This document shows positions 31,946-32,000 of a DNA stretch of 32,000 nucleotides, one piece after another. Made by a program: the position numbers and the translations under genes. This DNA comes from Prochlorococcus marinus subsp. pastoris str. CCMP1986 (GTDB lineage Bacteria > Cyanobacteriota > Cyanobacteriia > PCC-6307 > Cyanobiaceae). Under the pieces are notes generated by a model that searched no databases, was not told where the DNA came from, and saw only the letters and a list, made by a program, of their open reading frames with translations. The stretch is from positions 330,001 through 362,000 of the forward strand of contig NC_005072.1 in the NCBI RefSeq assembly GCF_000011465.1, read 5' to 3'. Numbering within the stretch: position 1 is the first letter of the stretch; each line of letters starts with the position of its first letter.

Positions 31946-32000
31946 TTCAATTATTTAACAGCGAAAGTTACTCCCATTACGGCAGTAATATCTTTCTTTA

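Overview
The window is AT-rich and gene-dense. It reads like a hypervariable genomic island of a high-light-adapted Prochlorococcus-type marine picocyanobacterium; this is inferred from composition, gene content and Yfr-type sRNA motifs, with no database search. Recognisable genes: two tatA paralogs, bcp/PrxQ peroxiredoxin, arfB-like GGQ protein, a CPBP protease, a divergent GT11/GT2 glycosyltransferase pair, proline iminopeptidase, tenA-thiD, a MarR-like regulator, a cupredoxin, a DsrE-like protein, and a complete cyanate module cynA-cynB-cynD-cynS preceded by a GTA-N8-TAC NtcA-type box. The rest is many small accessory genes. These include four DUF3303-like paralogs, DUF1330, DUF1348, a DUF985 cupin and an ABM-like protein, plus dozens of mini-ORFs under 60 aa, many with a single TM helix. 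Family names come from remembered motif signatures and need HMM confirmation.

Main non-obvious signals:
1. An exact 16-nt element, ATTGACAGTCGATCTA, occurs five times. Four copies separate a same-strand array of small-gene cassettes at 28.2-30.0 kb.
2. A tightly coupled operon of six mini-ORFs lies at 28796-29610, with TAATG/ATGA overlaps.
3. A second repeated unit (hairpin, GGAGG, mini-ORF MIDSPPE) shares the core ATTGAYAGTC with the 16-mer. It marks a diverged segmental duplication between about 9.6 kb and about 29 kb.
4. Two tandem terminator-bounded sRNA candidates carry near-complementary motifs (ACUCCUCACAC versus GUGUGUAGGAGAG), as in the Yfr1/Yfr2 pair.
5. An attenuator-like leader sits upstream of the ABM-like gene.
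6. A 155-codon stop-free, in-frame extension precedes the twin-arginine lipoprotein signal of CynA.
7. A diverged two-gene module lies in inverted orientation on either side of the 22.0-31.7 kb segment.

No tRNA, rRNA, CRISPR array, transposase or integrase was found.
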